Source: Pseudoalteromonas translucida KMM 520 (lineage in GTDB: Bacteria; Pseudomonadota; Gammaproteobacteria; Enterobacterales; Alteromonadaceae). From it: a stretch of DNA of 32,000 nucleotides. Within the stretch, counting starts at the first letter, position 1. The number at the start of each line of letters is the position of its first letter. Under the pieces are notes generated by a model. It did not search any database. It was not told the origin of the DNA and saw nothing but the letters and a program-made list of their open reading frames with translations. Position numbers and translations under genes: made by a program. Below, one piece after another: positions 1-9,316 of this stretch. The stretch lies in assembly GCF_001465295.1 (NCBI RefSeq), contig NZ_CP011034.1:2070001-2102000 (forward strand). Reading direction: 5' to 3'.

Positions 1-772
1 GCGCGGCGGTAAACTTATTCATTATAAGTTTTGCAATCCCTTCACAGGTTTTAAGCGCCACATTACCCACAAAGCCTTCGCATACAATAACATCGGCTTT
101 TCCGGTAAATATATCGCTACCCTCACTGTAACCAATATAGTTGATTAAAGGGCTTTGCTGCATTAATTGTGCAGCCTGCTTAATATCTTCATGGCCTTTG
201 ATATCTTCAGAGCCAATGTTTAATAAACTTACTTTGGGATTATCGCAGCCAAGTGCTTGCCCTGCGACTACCGACCCCATAATGCCAAATTGATATAAGG
301 TTTGTGCATCGCAATGTACGTTAGCACCCAGGTCGAGTAAATAAACCGGGTTTTTTCGCTCTGTAGGTACCGCAGAAATAAGTGCTGGACGTTTTACACC
401 AGGAAGCATTTTTAACACGTAATGTGCCATAAAAAATAACGCGCCAGTATTACCTGAGCTTACGCATGCTTGAGCCTCGCCCGATTTAACTAAGTTAAGG
501 GCAACGCGCATAGATGAATCTTTTTTGGAGCGTACAGCAACACCGGGCTTACATGCATTAGTAACAACTTCGCTACAATGGCGAATAATAAGTCGAGGGT
601 GTGCTAGTGAATCGAGTGATTCGAGTTGTTTTGATATGACTTGCTCATTACCGCATAAAATTAGCGTTAAATTAGCATGAGCATTTACCGCGTTAACGGC
701 AGCGGGGATAGATGAACGGGGGCCGTAATCGCCCCCCATCATATCTAACGCTATGGTTAGATTATTCAGCAT
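1..772 (-). CDS. plsX: Phosphate acyltransferase PlsX, N-terminal part (gene runs off the left edge)
   Basis: Not in the ORF track because it is open at the window edge. Hand translation of the minus strand from the ATG at 772-770 gives [37 protein letters not shown]. This matches the conserved PlsX N-terminus (E. coli LTLALDVMGGDFGP). It lies directly downstream of rpmF, as in the conserved yceD-rpmF-plsX operon. Confidence 0.9.
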
Positions 773-783
773 AAAGAAATCTC

Positions 784-954
784 TTATTTAGAAATTACTT
801 GAACGCCTTTGTAGTAACCATCTGCAGTCACATGGTGGCGACGATGAGTCTCACCAGATGTTTGATCTACAGTTAAGCTTGGACCACTAATCGCATCGTG
901 TGAACGGCGCATGCCGCGTCTTGCACGAGACTTTTTGCTTTTTTGTACAGCCAT
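784..954 (-). CDS. rpmF: 50S ribosomal protein L32
   Basis: Too short for the ORF track. Hand translation from the ATG at 954-952 gives [56 protein letters not shown], with stop TAA at 786-784. This is near-identical in pattern to E. coli L32 ([22 protein letters not shown]...HHITADGYYRGRKV). Confidence 0.95.
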
Positions 955-963
955 AGTCTTCTC

Positions 964-1488
964 CTAAGAATCTTTCTTAAGTTGTTTCAAAATATCAAAT
1001 GGATTAGGTTTCTCATCTTCCGCCTTTAAAACACCAAAGCTGGCAGGCTTTGCTGAATAACTGCATGAAGCTTCGTTGTGGGTAGAGACTAATGGAACTG
1101 CCAAAATTAATTCGTCTTCAATTAAATTAAAAACGTTAATTTCACCATTTTCATCAAGCGCTACTTCATCGTAGTCTTCTGGAAAAATGTCTGACTCTGT
1201 CTCATCACCAACCGGTGAATAAACAAAATCTTGCACCAAATCCAACCCTAAATCACCATTACAACGTTGACAAGTGACAGTTACGTGTGTGGACAAATTG
1301 CCTCTAATCACAACAAAACCTTGGTCGTCGTTTTTGCAATGAATTTTTACCGCTATTTCACCTACTTCTTCCTGCACAACTTCTCGTAAACGAGTTAGTT
1401 TTTCAAGCGGTACAATGCCGTCATACTTTAAACGGTGTTGCGCTGCTTTGCCTGGATGAAGAGTGATGGGAATTTTCACCTTTTGCAT
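964..1488 (-). CDS. yceD: YceD / DUF177 large-subunit ribosome-associated protein
   Basis: 174 aa. The N-terminus MQKVKIPITLHP and the CQRC...KPNPF pattern match E. coli YceD (MQKVKLPLTLDP...CQRC...KPNPF). It is in the conserved position upstream of rpmF. Confidence 0.9.
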   Translation of the reverse strand: MQKVKIPITLHPGKAAQHRLKYDGIVPLEKLTRLREVVQEEVGEIAVKIHCKNDDQGFVVIRGNLSTHVTVTCQRCNGDLGLDLVQDFVYSPVGDETESDIFPEDYDEVALDENGEINVFNLIEDELILAVPLVSTHNEASCSYSAKPASFGVLKAEDEKPNPFDILKQLKKDS

Positions 1489-1619
1489 AGGGGCTGCATC
1501 ATATAGATAGTTAGTTGGTTAGTCAAAGTAAAAAACCATATTTACGTGGTTTTTCACGTGTTTTACTTACGGATCTGATTTATCCTAACTCAATCTGATT
1601 TTGGTTAGGAAAACAATCC

Positions 1620-2228
1620 ATGAAGTACCCACTTATATTAGCCTCAAGCTCACCTTTTAGGCAGTCTTTATTACAAAAATTCAATCTGCCATTCGATACA
1701 TTTTCACCTAATGTTGACGAATCAGCATTAAACAATGAAACCCCTGCACAACTAGTTAAGCGTTTAAGTGAATTAAAAGCCCGCGCAGCTAGTAAACACT
1801 TTAGTAAAGGCTTAGTGATTGGCTCAGATCAGGTTGCTGTATTTAATGAGCAAATTTTAGGTAAACCTCATAATAAACACAATGCCGTAAAGCAGTTATC
1901 CCTTTTTAGCGGCCATAGTGTAACATTTTTAACTGGCCTGTGCGTTTACGATCTTACATCTGGGGAGAGTAAAACCTGCATTGAGCCATTTAATGTTACT
2001 TTCAAAACACTCACTGATGCGCAAATAAGTGCTTATTGCGATGCTGAGCAGCCCTATAATTGCGCAGGCAGTTTTAAAAGTGAAGGCCTAGGGATTTGTT
2101 TATTTGAAAAATTAACTGGTGACGATCCCAACAGCTTAATTGGCTTACCACTGATCAAACTCAGCCAATTATTAGCTGAGTTTGGCCTTGATGTGCTAAG
2201 CGCGCAATCAAATACCCCCCTTAGTTAA
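1620..2228 (+). CDS. yceF: Maf-family nucleoside triphosphate pyrophosphatase (YceF type)
   Basis: 202 aa. LILASSSPFRQSLL, GSDQV, GKP and CAGSFKSEGLGI..LIGLPLI motifs match E. coli YceF. It is divergent from yceD, as in enterobacteria. Confidence 0.85.
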   Translation: MKYPLILASSSPFRQSLLQKFNLPFDTFSPNVDESALNNETPAQLVKRLSELKARAASKHFSKGLVIGSDQVAVFNEQILGKPHNKHNAVKQLSLFSGHSVTFLTGLCVYDLTSGESKTCIEPFNVTFKTLTDAQISAYCDAEQPYNCAGSFKSEGLGICLFEKLTGDDPNSLIGLPLIKLSQLLAEFGLDVLSAQSNTPLS

Positions 2229-2893
2229 TACTCAGGCAGTAATAGCTGTTGCAACTGCTGATAACTATCAACAGTTGCAATCGGGTTAAACTCGCTAAGT
2301 TGCTTTGCGTTATGTACACCCAGAGTGACACCTATGCTATCCATACCCGCGGCTTGCGCCATTGCCATATCAATTTTTGTATCGCCAATCATAACCGCTT
2401 CATCGGCGCTTATGCCAAGCTCTGCTAATAATTGAAACAACATATCGGGCGATGGCTTAGAGCTTGCATCATCACTACAACGCGTTGCACTAAAATAATG
2501 CCCTAACTCACTTTGGTGTAATAAACGCTCGAGTCCAGCGCGCCCTTTACCTGTTGCTACGGCTAAAATAATGCCACTGTGCTGTAGTGCTAATAGCACT
2601 TTTTCTACATCGGCAAATAATGGTGTAGCCGTAGTATCTGTTTGGTAATGCTGTTTATAACCACTAATTAACGCTTGGTGCTGCGCTCTATGTAGTGGAA
2701 ATAATACCGCAATGGCTTTATCAAGCGACAAACCAATAATGTTTTTGGTTGCTTCATTGCTTGGCGGTTCTATATTTAACGCAACGGCACTGCTGTGAAT
2801 ACAATTAACTATTTTAGTAATTGAATCCATTACTGTGCCGTCCCAATCAAAAATAGCCAACTTGTACTTTTTGAGCGAACTGACTGCTATCAC
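2225..2893 (-). CDS. HAD-IA family phosphatase (phosphoglycolate-phosphatase-like)
   Basis: 222 aa. It has the DxDGT motif (IFDWDGTVMDS), and the later TGK and GDTKIDMAMA motifs are typical of HAD motifs I-IV. A 4-nt overlap with the rluC stop suggests co-transcription. Confidence 0.7.
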   Translation of the reverse strand: MIAVSSLKKYKLAIFDWDGTVMDSITKIVNCIHSSAVALNIEPPSNEATKNIIGLSLDKAIAVLFPLHRAQHQALISGYKQHYQTDTTATPLFADVEKVLLALQHSGIILAVATGKGRAGLERLLHQSELGHYFSATRCSDDASSKPSPDMLFQLLAELGISADEAVMIGDTKIDMAMAQAAGMDSIGVTLGVHNAKQLSEFNPIATVDSYQQLQQLLLPEY

Positions 2894-3849
2894 GTTTTAT
2901 TAGCACGCAATTTAATTAGGCAATTAGCAAGAGCTTTATCAAGCGGAGCTTCTACGCGCATGGTTGTTTCGTTTTTAGGATGATAAAAAGTTAAGTCATG
3001 AGCATGTAAAAACAAGCGATTTAACCCTGTTTTACGCATCGAATTATCAAATTCTTCATCACCGTATTTATCATCACACGCAATGGGATGGCCTTTGCAT
3101 TGTGTATGCACACGTATTTGGTGAGTACGCCCGGTAACCGGTGACGCCTGCACTAACGAGCACTCGTTAAAGCGCTCAAGCACTTTAAAGCGAGTATGTG
3201 AGGGTTTACCTTCAGTGTTATCTACACGCACTACGCGCTCCCCAGACTTAAGCGTATTTTTACGCAGCCCTTCGGTAACATTTTTAGTTTTAGAGTCCCA
3301 TTGGCCATCAACTAGCGCCCAATAGTTTTTTTCCATGGTTTTTTCACGTAGCTGCTCATGTAAAGCAGTCAGTACTGAACGGCGCTTAGCAATTAATAAA
3401 CAGCCCGACGTATCGCGATCTAGTCTATGTACTAGCTCTAAACTGCGCTCTTCTGGGCGTAATACGCGCAGCGCTTCAATTAAACCATAACTTAAGCCAC
3501 TGCCACCATGTACCGCCATACCCGATGGTTTATTAATAACAATCAGGTATTTATCTTCAAATATAATATCATTTTCAAGGCGTGTTACTTTATCAAGTTT
3601 TGAAGGCACAAACTCTTCTCGTTCTGCCACCCTAATTGGCGCAATACGAAGCACATCTTCTAGCTGCAGTTTATATACCGGCTTAATGCGTTTTTTATTA
3701 ACGCGCACCTCACCTTTACGCAAAAGTTTATAAATTGCGCTTTTAGGCACCCCTTTTAAATGGGTAATAAGAAAGTTATCAATTCGTTGACCTAAATGGT
3801 CTTCGTTGATCGTGACATAAGTTACTTGTAAGTCGTTTTTTTCTGACAT
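2890..3849 (-). CDS. rluC: 23S rRNA pseudouridine(955/2504/2580) synthase RluC
   Basis: 319 aa, the same length as E. coli RluC. Long stretches match: GQRIDNFL, KGVPKS.IYK.LRKGEVRVNKKRIKP.YKL, HRLDRDTSG, PVTGRTHQIRVH. It is divergent from rne, as in E. coli. Confidence 0.92.
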   Translation of the reverse strand: MSEKNDLQVTYVTINEDHLGQRIDNFLITHLKGVPKSAIYKLLRKGEVRVNKKRIKPVYKLQLEDVLRIAPIRVAEREEFVPSKLDKVTRLENDIIFEDKYLIVINKPSGMAVHGGSGLSYGLIEALRVLRPEERSLELVHRLDRDTSGCLLIAKRRSVLTALHEQLREKTMEKNYWALVDGQWDSKTKNVTEGLRKNTLKSGERVVRVDNTEGKPSHTRFKVLERFNECSLVQASPVTGRTHQIRVHTQCKGHPIACDDKYGDEEFDNSMRKTGLNRLFLHAHDLTFYHPKNETTMRVEAPLDKALANCLIKLRANKT

Positions 3850-4063
3850 TGCCTAATCACTAATTTAAGAAAAATAATTTAGTTGCTAACACAGTTATAA
3901 TAGTGGGATAATCAGCAGCGCAAATATTTAGTATTTGCAAATAACAACGGTGCTTTTTAACGCAGTAATACATTCGTGATGCACATTCTGGGTAATTGAT
4001 CATACAGATCCGAGTTAAGTTTTCCAAAGCTTTTATACATACCCAGTCAACACGTGCGATCAA

Positions 4064-4622
4064 TTAGCGGCAATGCGCGTAATATATTGCCAGTTAAGTT
4101 TGAACATGAATTGATTTTTAATGCGATTGAAAAAGCAATGAACAGATAATTTGTCTGATAGTGACGACGTAAAAACGTCGTTCAGCACTTGCTCAATTGT
4201 AGTACCGTACAGCAGCTTATTTAGAACTAAAAAAATCTAATAAATAAGTCGTCATTAACATTGGCAGCGATTTTTGCTCACAAAAATGGATTTTAGTAGT
4301 ACATCACATTGTATTACTCACTTACTTAACGAGCCCTATGCGCCTAAATATGCACGGCATTTAATAAGATTAGTATGACAGGCCAACTTCTGGGTAAAAC
4401 GTGTAACGTAGCTGAAAAGCCGACACAGTTTTAGCCCTGCAATGAATTTAATAGTAATAAATACACTATTGTTTGCCTGCATTTAAAAATACTGCGTACG
4501 TAAAAAAACAGAGCCGTTCCATTAAAGACCCAGTCGTGAGGCTGCACATTCTAAAAATAGGAATAACTGAACAGACGTGAAAACAGCGTCATGTCAGCGA
4601 CACAAACTAGTAGAGTAACAAT
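4064..4622 (+). promoter_or_regulatory. rluC-rne divergent promoter region plus a long rne 5' leader (expected autoregulatory UTR)
   Basis: 559 bp with no credible ORF sits in front of rne. E. coli has a comparably sized rluC-rne spacer with a 361-nt structured, RNase E-sensing leader. A local hairpin is visible (GACGACGT-AAAA-ACGTCGTT at 4163-4182). The transcription start and fold were not determined. Confidence 0.4.
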
Positions 4623-7600
4623 ATGAAACGTATGCTAATCAATGCAACGCAGCAAGAAGAAATGCGCGTAGCACTGGTTGACGGCCAGCGCCTATATGAT
4701 TTAGATATAGAAAGCCCAGGTCACGAACAGAAAAAAGCCAATATTTATAAAGGCAAAATCACTCGCATTGAACCATCTCTTGAAGCAGCATTTGTTGAAT
4801 ACGGTGCTGATCGTCATGGTTTCCTTCCTTTAAAAGAAATTGCCCGTACTTACTTCCCAGCTGGGTATACTTTCCATGGCCGTCCGAATATTCGTGACGT
4901 GATCAAAGAAGGTCAAGAAGTTATAGTACAAGTTGATAAAGAAGAGCGTGGCCAAAAAGGCGCAGCACTTACTACCTTTATCAGCGTTGCCGGTAGTTAC
5001 TTAGTTTTAATGCCTAATAATCCTCGTGCTGGCGGTATATCTCGTCGCATTGAAGGTGATGAGCGTACTGAACTTAAAGAGTCACTTAGCCGCTTAGAAC
5101 TTCCTAAAGGTATGGGCTTAATTGTTCGTACTGCAGGTGTTGGCAAATCGTTTGAAGAATTAAACTACGATTTAAAAGCCCTACTTGTTCATTGGGAAGC
5201 AATTGGTGTTGCAGCCGACAGTGCTAAAGCGCCGTTTTTAATTCACCAAGAAAGCAACGTAATATTTCGCGCAATTCGCGACTATTTACGTCGTGATATT
5301 GGCGAAATACTAATTGATAAACCACGTGTTTTTGAAGAAGCTAAAGCGCATATTGAACGTTTTCGCCCTGACTTTATGAGCCGTGTTAAGCTTTATCAAG
5401 GTGATACACCATTATTTACGCATTACCAAATTGAAAGCCAAATTGAGTCTGCGTTCCAACGTGAAGTACGCTTGCCTTCAGGTGGTTCAATTGTAATTGA
5501 CCCTACGGAAGCATTAACCTCTATCGATATTAACTCGTCTAAAGCAACAAAAGGCGGCGATATTGAAGAAACAGCACTTAATACTAACTTAGAAGCAGCA
5601 GATGAAATTGCACGTCAATTACGTCTTCGCGACTTAGGTGGTTTAATTGTTATCGATTTTATCGATATGACACCACCACGCCATCAGCGTGAAGTAGAAA
5701 ACCGTCTAAAAGATGCTGTTCGCCCTGATCGTGCTCGTGTACAAATTGGTAAAATTTCACGTTTTGGTTTACTCGAAATGTCGCGTCAGCGTTTGCGCCC
5801 TTCATTAGGTGAAGCAAGCCAAGGCCCATGCCCACGTTGTAGTGGCCAAGGTACGATTCGTTCTAACGAATCAATTGCCCTGTCTATTTTGCGTTTAATT
5901 GAAGAAGAAGCAATTAAAGACAACACTGCACAAGTTAATGCTCAAGTGCCTGTTGCTGTTGCCGCTTATTTATTAAATGAACAACGCCGTAGTGTTCATC
6001 GCATGGAAAAACAACATAAGTGCGACATAGTGATCATTCCTAATCAACACATGGAAACACCACACTACGAAGTAATGCGCTTACGTAAAGACGAAACGAT
6101 TGAAACAGTAAGCTATGGACAAATTGTTGCTCCAGAGCCTGAAGCATTTGAAATGTCTAAGTCGCCTGTAGCACCAGTACGTGAAGAGCCAATGTTAAAA
6201 GGCGTTGTAATGCCTGCAACACCAGCTCCACAAGCGGCTCCTGCTAACGTTGTTGCCCCTGCTGAAACTAAAGCGCAAAGCGGTTTACTGGATGCAATTG
6301 GTAAGTGGTTTAAATCTTTATTCGCCAGCGAAACCGTTGAAGTAAAAAAAGAAGAAACACAAAAACAAGAAGCGCGCGATAATACTCGTAATAACGATAA
6401 TCGTCGTCGTAATAACAACAATCAGCGTCGTCGTAATAACCCTCGTTCTAAGCCACGCACTGAGCGTACTGCGGATGAAGAGGTTAAAACTAACTCTGTA
6501 TCAACACCTGAAGTAGCAACGCAAACTAACGAGAATCAAGAGAGAGGCGAGAATCGCAATAAGCGTCGTCGCAACCCTAATTCACGTAAGCGTCCAGAGC
6601 CACGCACTGAAGATAAAGATGCAGTAAAAGTAGATGCACCTGCAAAAGTAGAAGCTGAAACTAAGCCAGTTCAAGCCGAAGAGCCAAAGGATCAAAAACC
6701 AAAGGTTCGTCGTCAGCGTCGTAATTTACGTAAGAAAGTACGCCTGCAAGATGAAAATGCTGAGCAAGTACAAACAACAGATGAAGCACCTGTACAAGCT
6801 ACAGAAAAAGAAACACCTGTAGCCCAAGAGCAAGCGCCTGTTGTAGAAAAGCAAACTCAAACAGCGGCAGAAAAAACGGCTCATATTAAAGAAGAGAAAG
6901 TTGAAGATGTTGACTCTAACGATGAAACACCTACAACCGAAGACGAGCAAGAGCAAACTCGTACACGTTCACGTCGCTCGCCTCGTCATCTTCGTGCATC
7001 AGGTCAGCGTCGTCGTCGCCCTGAAGGTGAAGGTAATGAAGCTAAGTCAGATGAAGCACCGGCATTTGTTCCTGTTGCCGACCAAGCTGCTGCAGAGTAT
7101 GAAGCAGAACTTAAAGCTAAATCTGCAGCTAAACCTGTGGATGCCGCGCAACAAGTTGAACAAGCCATTGCGGTTGAAGACTTAGCAAAAGTTGAAGCTG
7201 TAGAAGAACCAGTACAAACTGAAGAGCCAGCTAAAGTTGAAACTCCAGTAGCAGCTGAAGAGCCAGCTAAAGTTGAAACGCCAGTAGTAACTGAAGAGCC
7301 AGCTAAAGTTGAAACTCCAGTAGTAACTGAAGAGCCAGCTAAAGTTGAAACGCCAGTAGTAACTGAAGAGCCAGCTAAAGTTGAAACTCCAGTAGCAGCT
7401 GAAGAGCCAGCTAAAGTTGAAATTCCAGTGGTAACTGAAGAGCAAACTAAAGTTGAAACTCCAGTGGTAACTGAAGAGCCAACTAAAGTTGAAACTCCAG
7501 TAGTAACTGAAGAGCCAGCTAAAGTTGAAACTCCAGTAGTAACTGAAGAGCCAGCTAAAGTTGAAACTCCAGTGGTAACTGAAGAGCCAGCTAAAGTTGA

Positions 7601-7940
7601 AACGCCTGTTGTAACTGAAGAGCCAGCTAAAGTTGAAACTCCAGTAGTAACTGAAGAACCAGCTAAAGTTGAAACTCCAGTAGTAACTGAAGAACCAGCT
7701 AAAGTTGAAACGCCAGTAGTAACTGCAGCACCACATGTTAAAACAGTAGTAACTCAAGGGTCAGCAAGTGCGCCAATGGCACAACCTACTCCTGTAGCTG
7801 ATAGCGAAGTAAAACATACGTCTGTTGCTATGGCTCACGATAAACGTGAACTAGTGCCAGACAGTGGTTTACGTGCAGGTTCAATCAAACCTGCTGGTCG
7901 TGCAAGTTCTACAATGACCAAAACAATGAGTGCTGATTAA
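4623..7940 (+). CDS. rne: Ribonuclease E (catalytic N-terminal half plus a long, divergent degradosome-scaffold C-terminal half)
   Basis: 1105 aa. The first 31 residues, [31 protein letters not shown], are almost identical to E. coli RNase E. Also present: the S1 domain, DNase I-like region and Zn-link CPRCSGQG. The C-terminal half has an amphipathic helix, four Arg-rich blocks and an acidic tandem repeat. Confidence 0.97.
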   Translation: MKRMLINATQQEEMRVALVDGQRLYDLDIESPGHEQKKANIYKGKITRIEPSLEAAFVEYGADRHGFLPLKEIARTYFPAGYTFHGRPNIRDVIKEGQEVIVQVDKEERGQKGAALTTFISVAGSYLVLMPNNPRAGGISRRIEGDERTELKESLSRLELPKGMGLIVRTAGVGKSFEELNYDLKALLVHWEAIGVAADSAKAPFLIHQESNVIFRAIRDYLRRDIGEILIDKPRVFEEAKAHIERFRPDFMSRVKLYQGDTPLFTHYQIESQIESAFQREVRLPSGGSIVIDPTEALTSIDINSSKATKGGDIEETALNTNLEAADEIARQLRLRDLGGLIVIDFIDMTPPRHQREVENRLKDAVRPDRARVQIGKISRFGLLEMSRQRLRPSLGEASQGPCPRCSGQGTIRSNESIALSILRLIEEEAIKDNTAQVNAQVPVAVAAYLLNEQRRSVHRMEKQHKCDIVIIPNQHMETPHYEVMRLRKDETIETVSYGQIVAPEPEAFEMSKSPVAPVREEPMLKGVVMPATPAPQAAPANVVAPAETKAQSGLLDAIGKWFKSLFASETVEVKKEETQKQEARDNTRNNDNRRRNNNNQRRRNNPRSKPRTERTADEEVKTNSVSTPEVATQTNENQERGENRNKRRRNPNSRKRPEPRTEDKDAVKVDAPAKVEAETKPVQAEEPKDQKPKVRRQRRNLRKKVRLQDENAEQVQTTDEAPVQATEKETPVAQEQAPVVEKQTQTAAEKTAHIKEEKVEDVDSNDETPTTEDEQEQTRTRSRRSPRHLRASGQRRRRPEGEGNEAKSDEAPAFVPVADQAAAEYEAELKAKSAAKPVDAAQQVEQAIAVEDLAKVEAVEEPVQTEEPAKVETPVAAEEPAKVETPVVTEEPAKVETPVVTEEPAKVETPVVTEEPAKVETPVAAEEPAKVEIPVVTEEQTKVETPVVTEEPTKVETPVVTEEPAKVETPVVTEEPAKVETPVVTEEPAKVETPVVTEEPAKVETPVVTEEPAKVETPVVTEEPAKVETPVVTAAPHVKTVVTQGSASAPMAQPTPVADSEVKHTSVAMAHDKRELVPDSGLRAGSIKPAGRASSTMTKTMSAD
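6279..6329 (+). other. Putative RNase E membrane-targeting amphipathic helix ([17 protein letters not shown])
   Basis: This 17-residue segment at aa 553-569 alternates hydrophobic and basic residues. It lies just after the catalytic domain, the same relative position as the E. coli membrane-targeting sequence (aa 565-582). Confidence 0.5.
7221..7724 (+). repeat. 14 tandem in-frame copies of a 36-bp unit inside rne (consensus GAAGAGCCAGCTAAAGTTGAAACTCCAGTAGTAACT = [12 protein letters not shown])
   Basis: Counted directly. Units start at 7221, 7257 and so on to 7689, with exact 36-nt periodicity and 0-3 substitutions per unit. A degenerate unit lies upstream at 7185-7220 ([12 protein letters not shown]). 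Confidence 0.95.
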
Positions 7941-7951
7941 CAATACTCATT

Positions 7952-7993
7952 AAAAAGCCCCGCTAGTTAATTATTAACTAGCGGGGCTTTTTT
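7952..7993. terminator. Bidirectional intrinsic terminator between convergent rne and ndpA
   Basis: AAAAA-GCCCCGCTAGTTAA-TTAT-TTAACTAGCGGGGC-TTTTTT. This is a perfect 14-bp stem flanked by an A-run and a T-run. Confidence 0.85.
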
Positions 7994-8019
7994 GTATCTG
8001 TAACTTTAGATCAATCGTA

Positions 8020-9036
8020 TTAGTCTTGCTCTTTTTCCATGAAGCGTTGTAACTGATCTTTTAAGTTTGGCGGAATGCCTTTGATCACTAAGGTATCGGT
8101 TGCTTCGTTATAAGTAACACGTTCACCTAAGTGTTTACGCTCAAAACTCACACTTACACCGCCACCTAAACCAGAGAACTTAACCATACTTGCCACTGTT
8201 TTTTTATCAACGGGGAATGACTCTTCTAAATCGTAACTTTGCTCTTTGCAAAAGCTGTCAAACGGACTGTCATCGCCTTTTGTAAGTGTTGCCGAAAGCT
8301 CACTTACGTTGGCATCTTCACCTGTCGTTACACAATCATTACAGTAATCAAATACTTGTTTACGTAAATCGTCTTTTTCTGATTTATCAAATTGTTGCTC
8401 TGATAAGTAATCCTCTACAGCACTGAGCATTACTTGGCTTTGTTGTTTAGGATCAATACCTTCTTCACAGCCTAAAAAGTCTAAGAAGAAATCGGCAACT
8501 TTGCGCCCTGCGCGGCCTTTAATAAACGAAATATAACGATTGTCTTGCGCTTGGGTGTCCCAAGCGGTTAAATCGATTCGTGCCGCTAATTGCATACGCG
8601 AAATATCTAAATGACGTGACGACGCTAAATCAAGCTCAGAAGTAATTGAGTAATGCTCTTTAATATTAATCATCGCAATAAGCATGTAGTCTGTAGCCAC
8701 ATACTGGTAGTGACAAAACACTAAATAACCGGTTTCATTAAATGCGTATTTATCAAGTTCCTCTTTTAACACACTCGATGCTTGATCTGTCATATGCCAA
8801 AAGCCAAGTTCGTTGTTACGGTAACTTTGCATTGCCGATGCAACTACGCTGTTTTTATCGCCACTAAAAGCGCAAAAGCCTTTACCTGGCTTACCATTAT
8901 ACGCATGATGCAATTGCTCAATAAACACAGCTACTTTATCGTTGATTAGCATTTCATCATTACGCAAATGAATTTGAGTATCGCCGTCTTTTTTGTCTAC
9001 ATAATGAACGACTAGTTTTTTAACGTCTGTTGCCAT
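8020..9036 (-). CDS. ndpA: Nucleoid-associated protein NdpA (YejK)
   Basis: 338 aa, collinear with E. coli YejK: FCHY.Y, ARIDLT.W, RY..F.KGR.GRKVADFF.DFLG, LIKG.PPNL.DQLQR. Confidence 0.92.
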   Translation of the reverse strand: MATDVKKLVVHYVDKKDGDTQIHLRNDEMLINDKVAVFIEQLHHAYNGKPGKGFCAFSGDKNSVVASAMQSYRNNELGFWHMTDQASSVLKEELDKYAFNETGYLVFCHYQYVATDYMLIAMINIKEHYSITSELDLASSRHLDISRMQLAARIDLTAWDTQAQDNRYISFIKGRAGRKVADFFLDFLGCEEGIDPKQQSQVMLSAVEDYLSEQQFDKSEKDDLRKQVFDYCNDCVTTGEDANVSELSATLTKGDDSPFDSFCKEQSYDLEESFPVDKKTVASMVKFSGLGGGVSVSFERKHLGERVTYNEATDTLVIKGIPPNLKDQLQRFMEKEQD

Positions 9037-9098
9037 CTTTGTTTTTCACGCCTCTGGTGTTAAAATGTGAGAATATAACTATTAAATTGAACCAACTG

Positions 9099-9311
9099 AT
9101 GCCAATCTTATCAAAATACTCTAATGAACAAGTAGAACAAATCGTCGATCAGCTTATTGATGTGTTAACTCAACACAATGCGCCGGTTGATTTGAGTCTT
9201 ATGTGTTTAGGAAATTCTATCACGCATATCTTAAAAGAGCATGTACCAACAGGGAAAAGACAAGCCGTTACCGAGAACTTTGCTAAAGCTCTCGCACAGT
9301 CGGTTAAATAA
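9099..9311 (+). CDS. yejL: YejL / UPF0352 family small protein
   Basis: The start was moved from the track's 9030 to the in-frame ATG at 9099. MPILSKYSNEQVEQIVDQLIDVLTQHNAPVDLSLMCLGN matches E. coli YejL ([39 protein letters not shown]). The longer ORF would overlap the ndpA start. Confidence 0.85.
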   Translation: MPILSKYSNEQVEQIVDQLIDVLTQHNAPVDLSLMCLGNSITHILKEHVPTGKRQAVTENFAKALAQSVK

Positions 9312-9316
9312 ACTCT

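Noticed and set aside
3860-4063. A 67-aa minus-strand ORF just upstream of rluC.
   Set aside because: It would end 10 nt before the rluC start, inside the expected rluC promoter region. It has no Shine-Dalgarno, a Cys- and Ile-rich odd composition, and no recognisable family.
6113-7185. Track ORFs 6113-6421(-), 6726-6956(-) and 6901-7185(+) inside rne.
   Set aside because: They are alternative-frame or antisense ORFs within a confidently identified gene. They have low-complexity composition and no ribosome-binding sites.
7221-7724. A regular 36-bp repeat array, which could superficially resemble a CRISPR array or an intergenic satellite.
   Set aside because: The repeats are contiguous with no spacers. 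They are exactly in frame within the rne ORF and encode a coherent peptide repeat.
7182-7757. A 191-aa minus-strand ORF ([12 protein letters not shown]... repeats).
   Set aside because: It is the antisense reading of the rne tandem repeat. It stays open only because the repeat unit lacks stop codons in that frame, and it has no start context.
9030-9098. A 23-codon N-terminal extension of yejL, as given in the ORF track.
   Set aside because: It would overlap the divergent ndpA start codon. The E. coli YejL N-terminus aligns precisely with the internal ATG at 9099.
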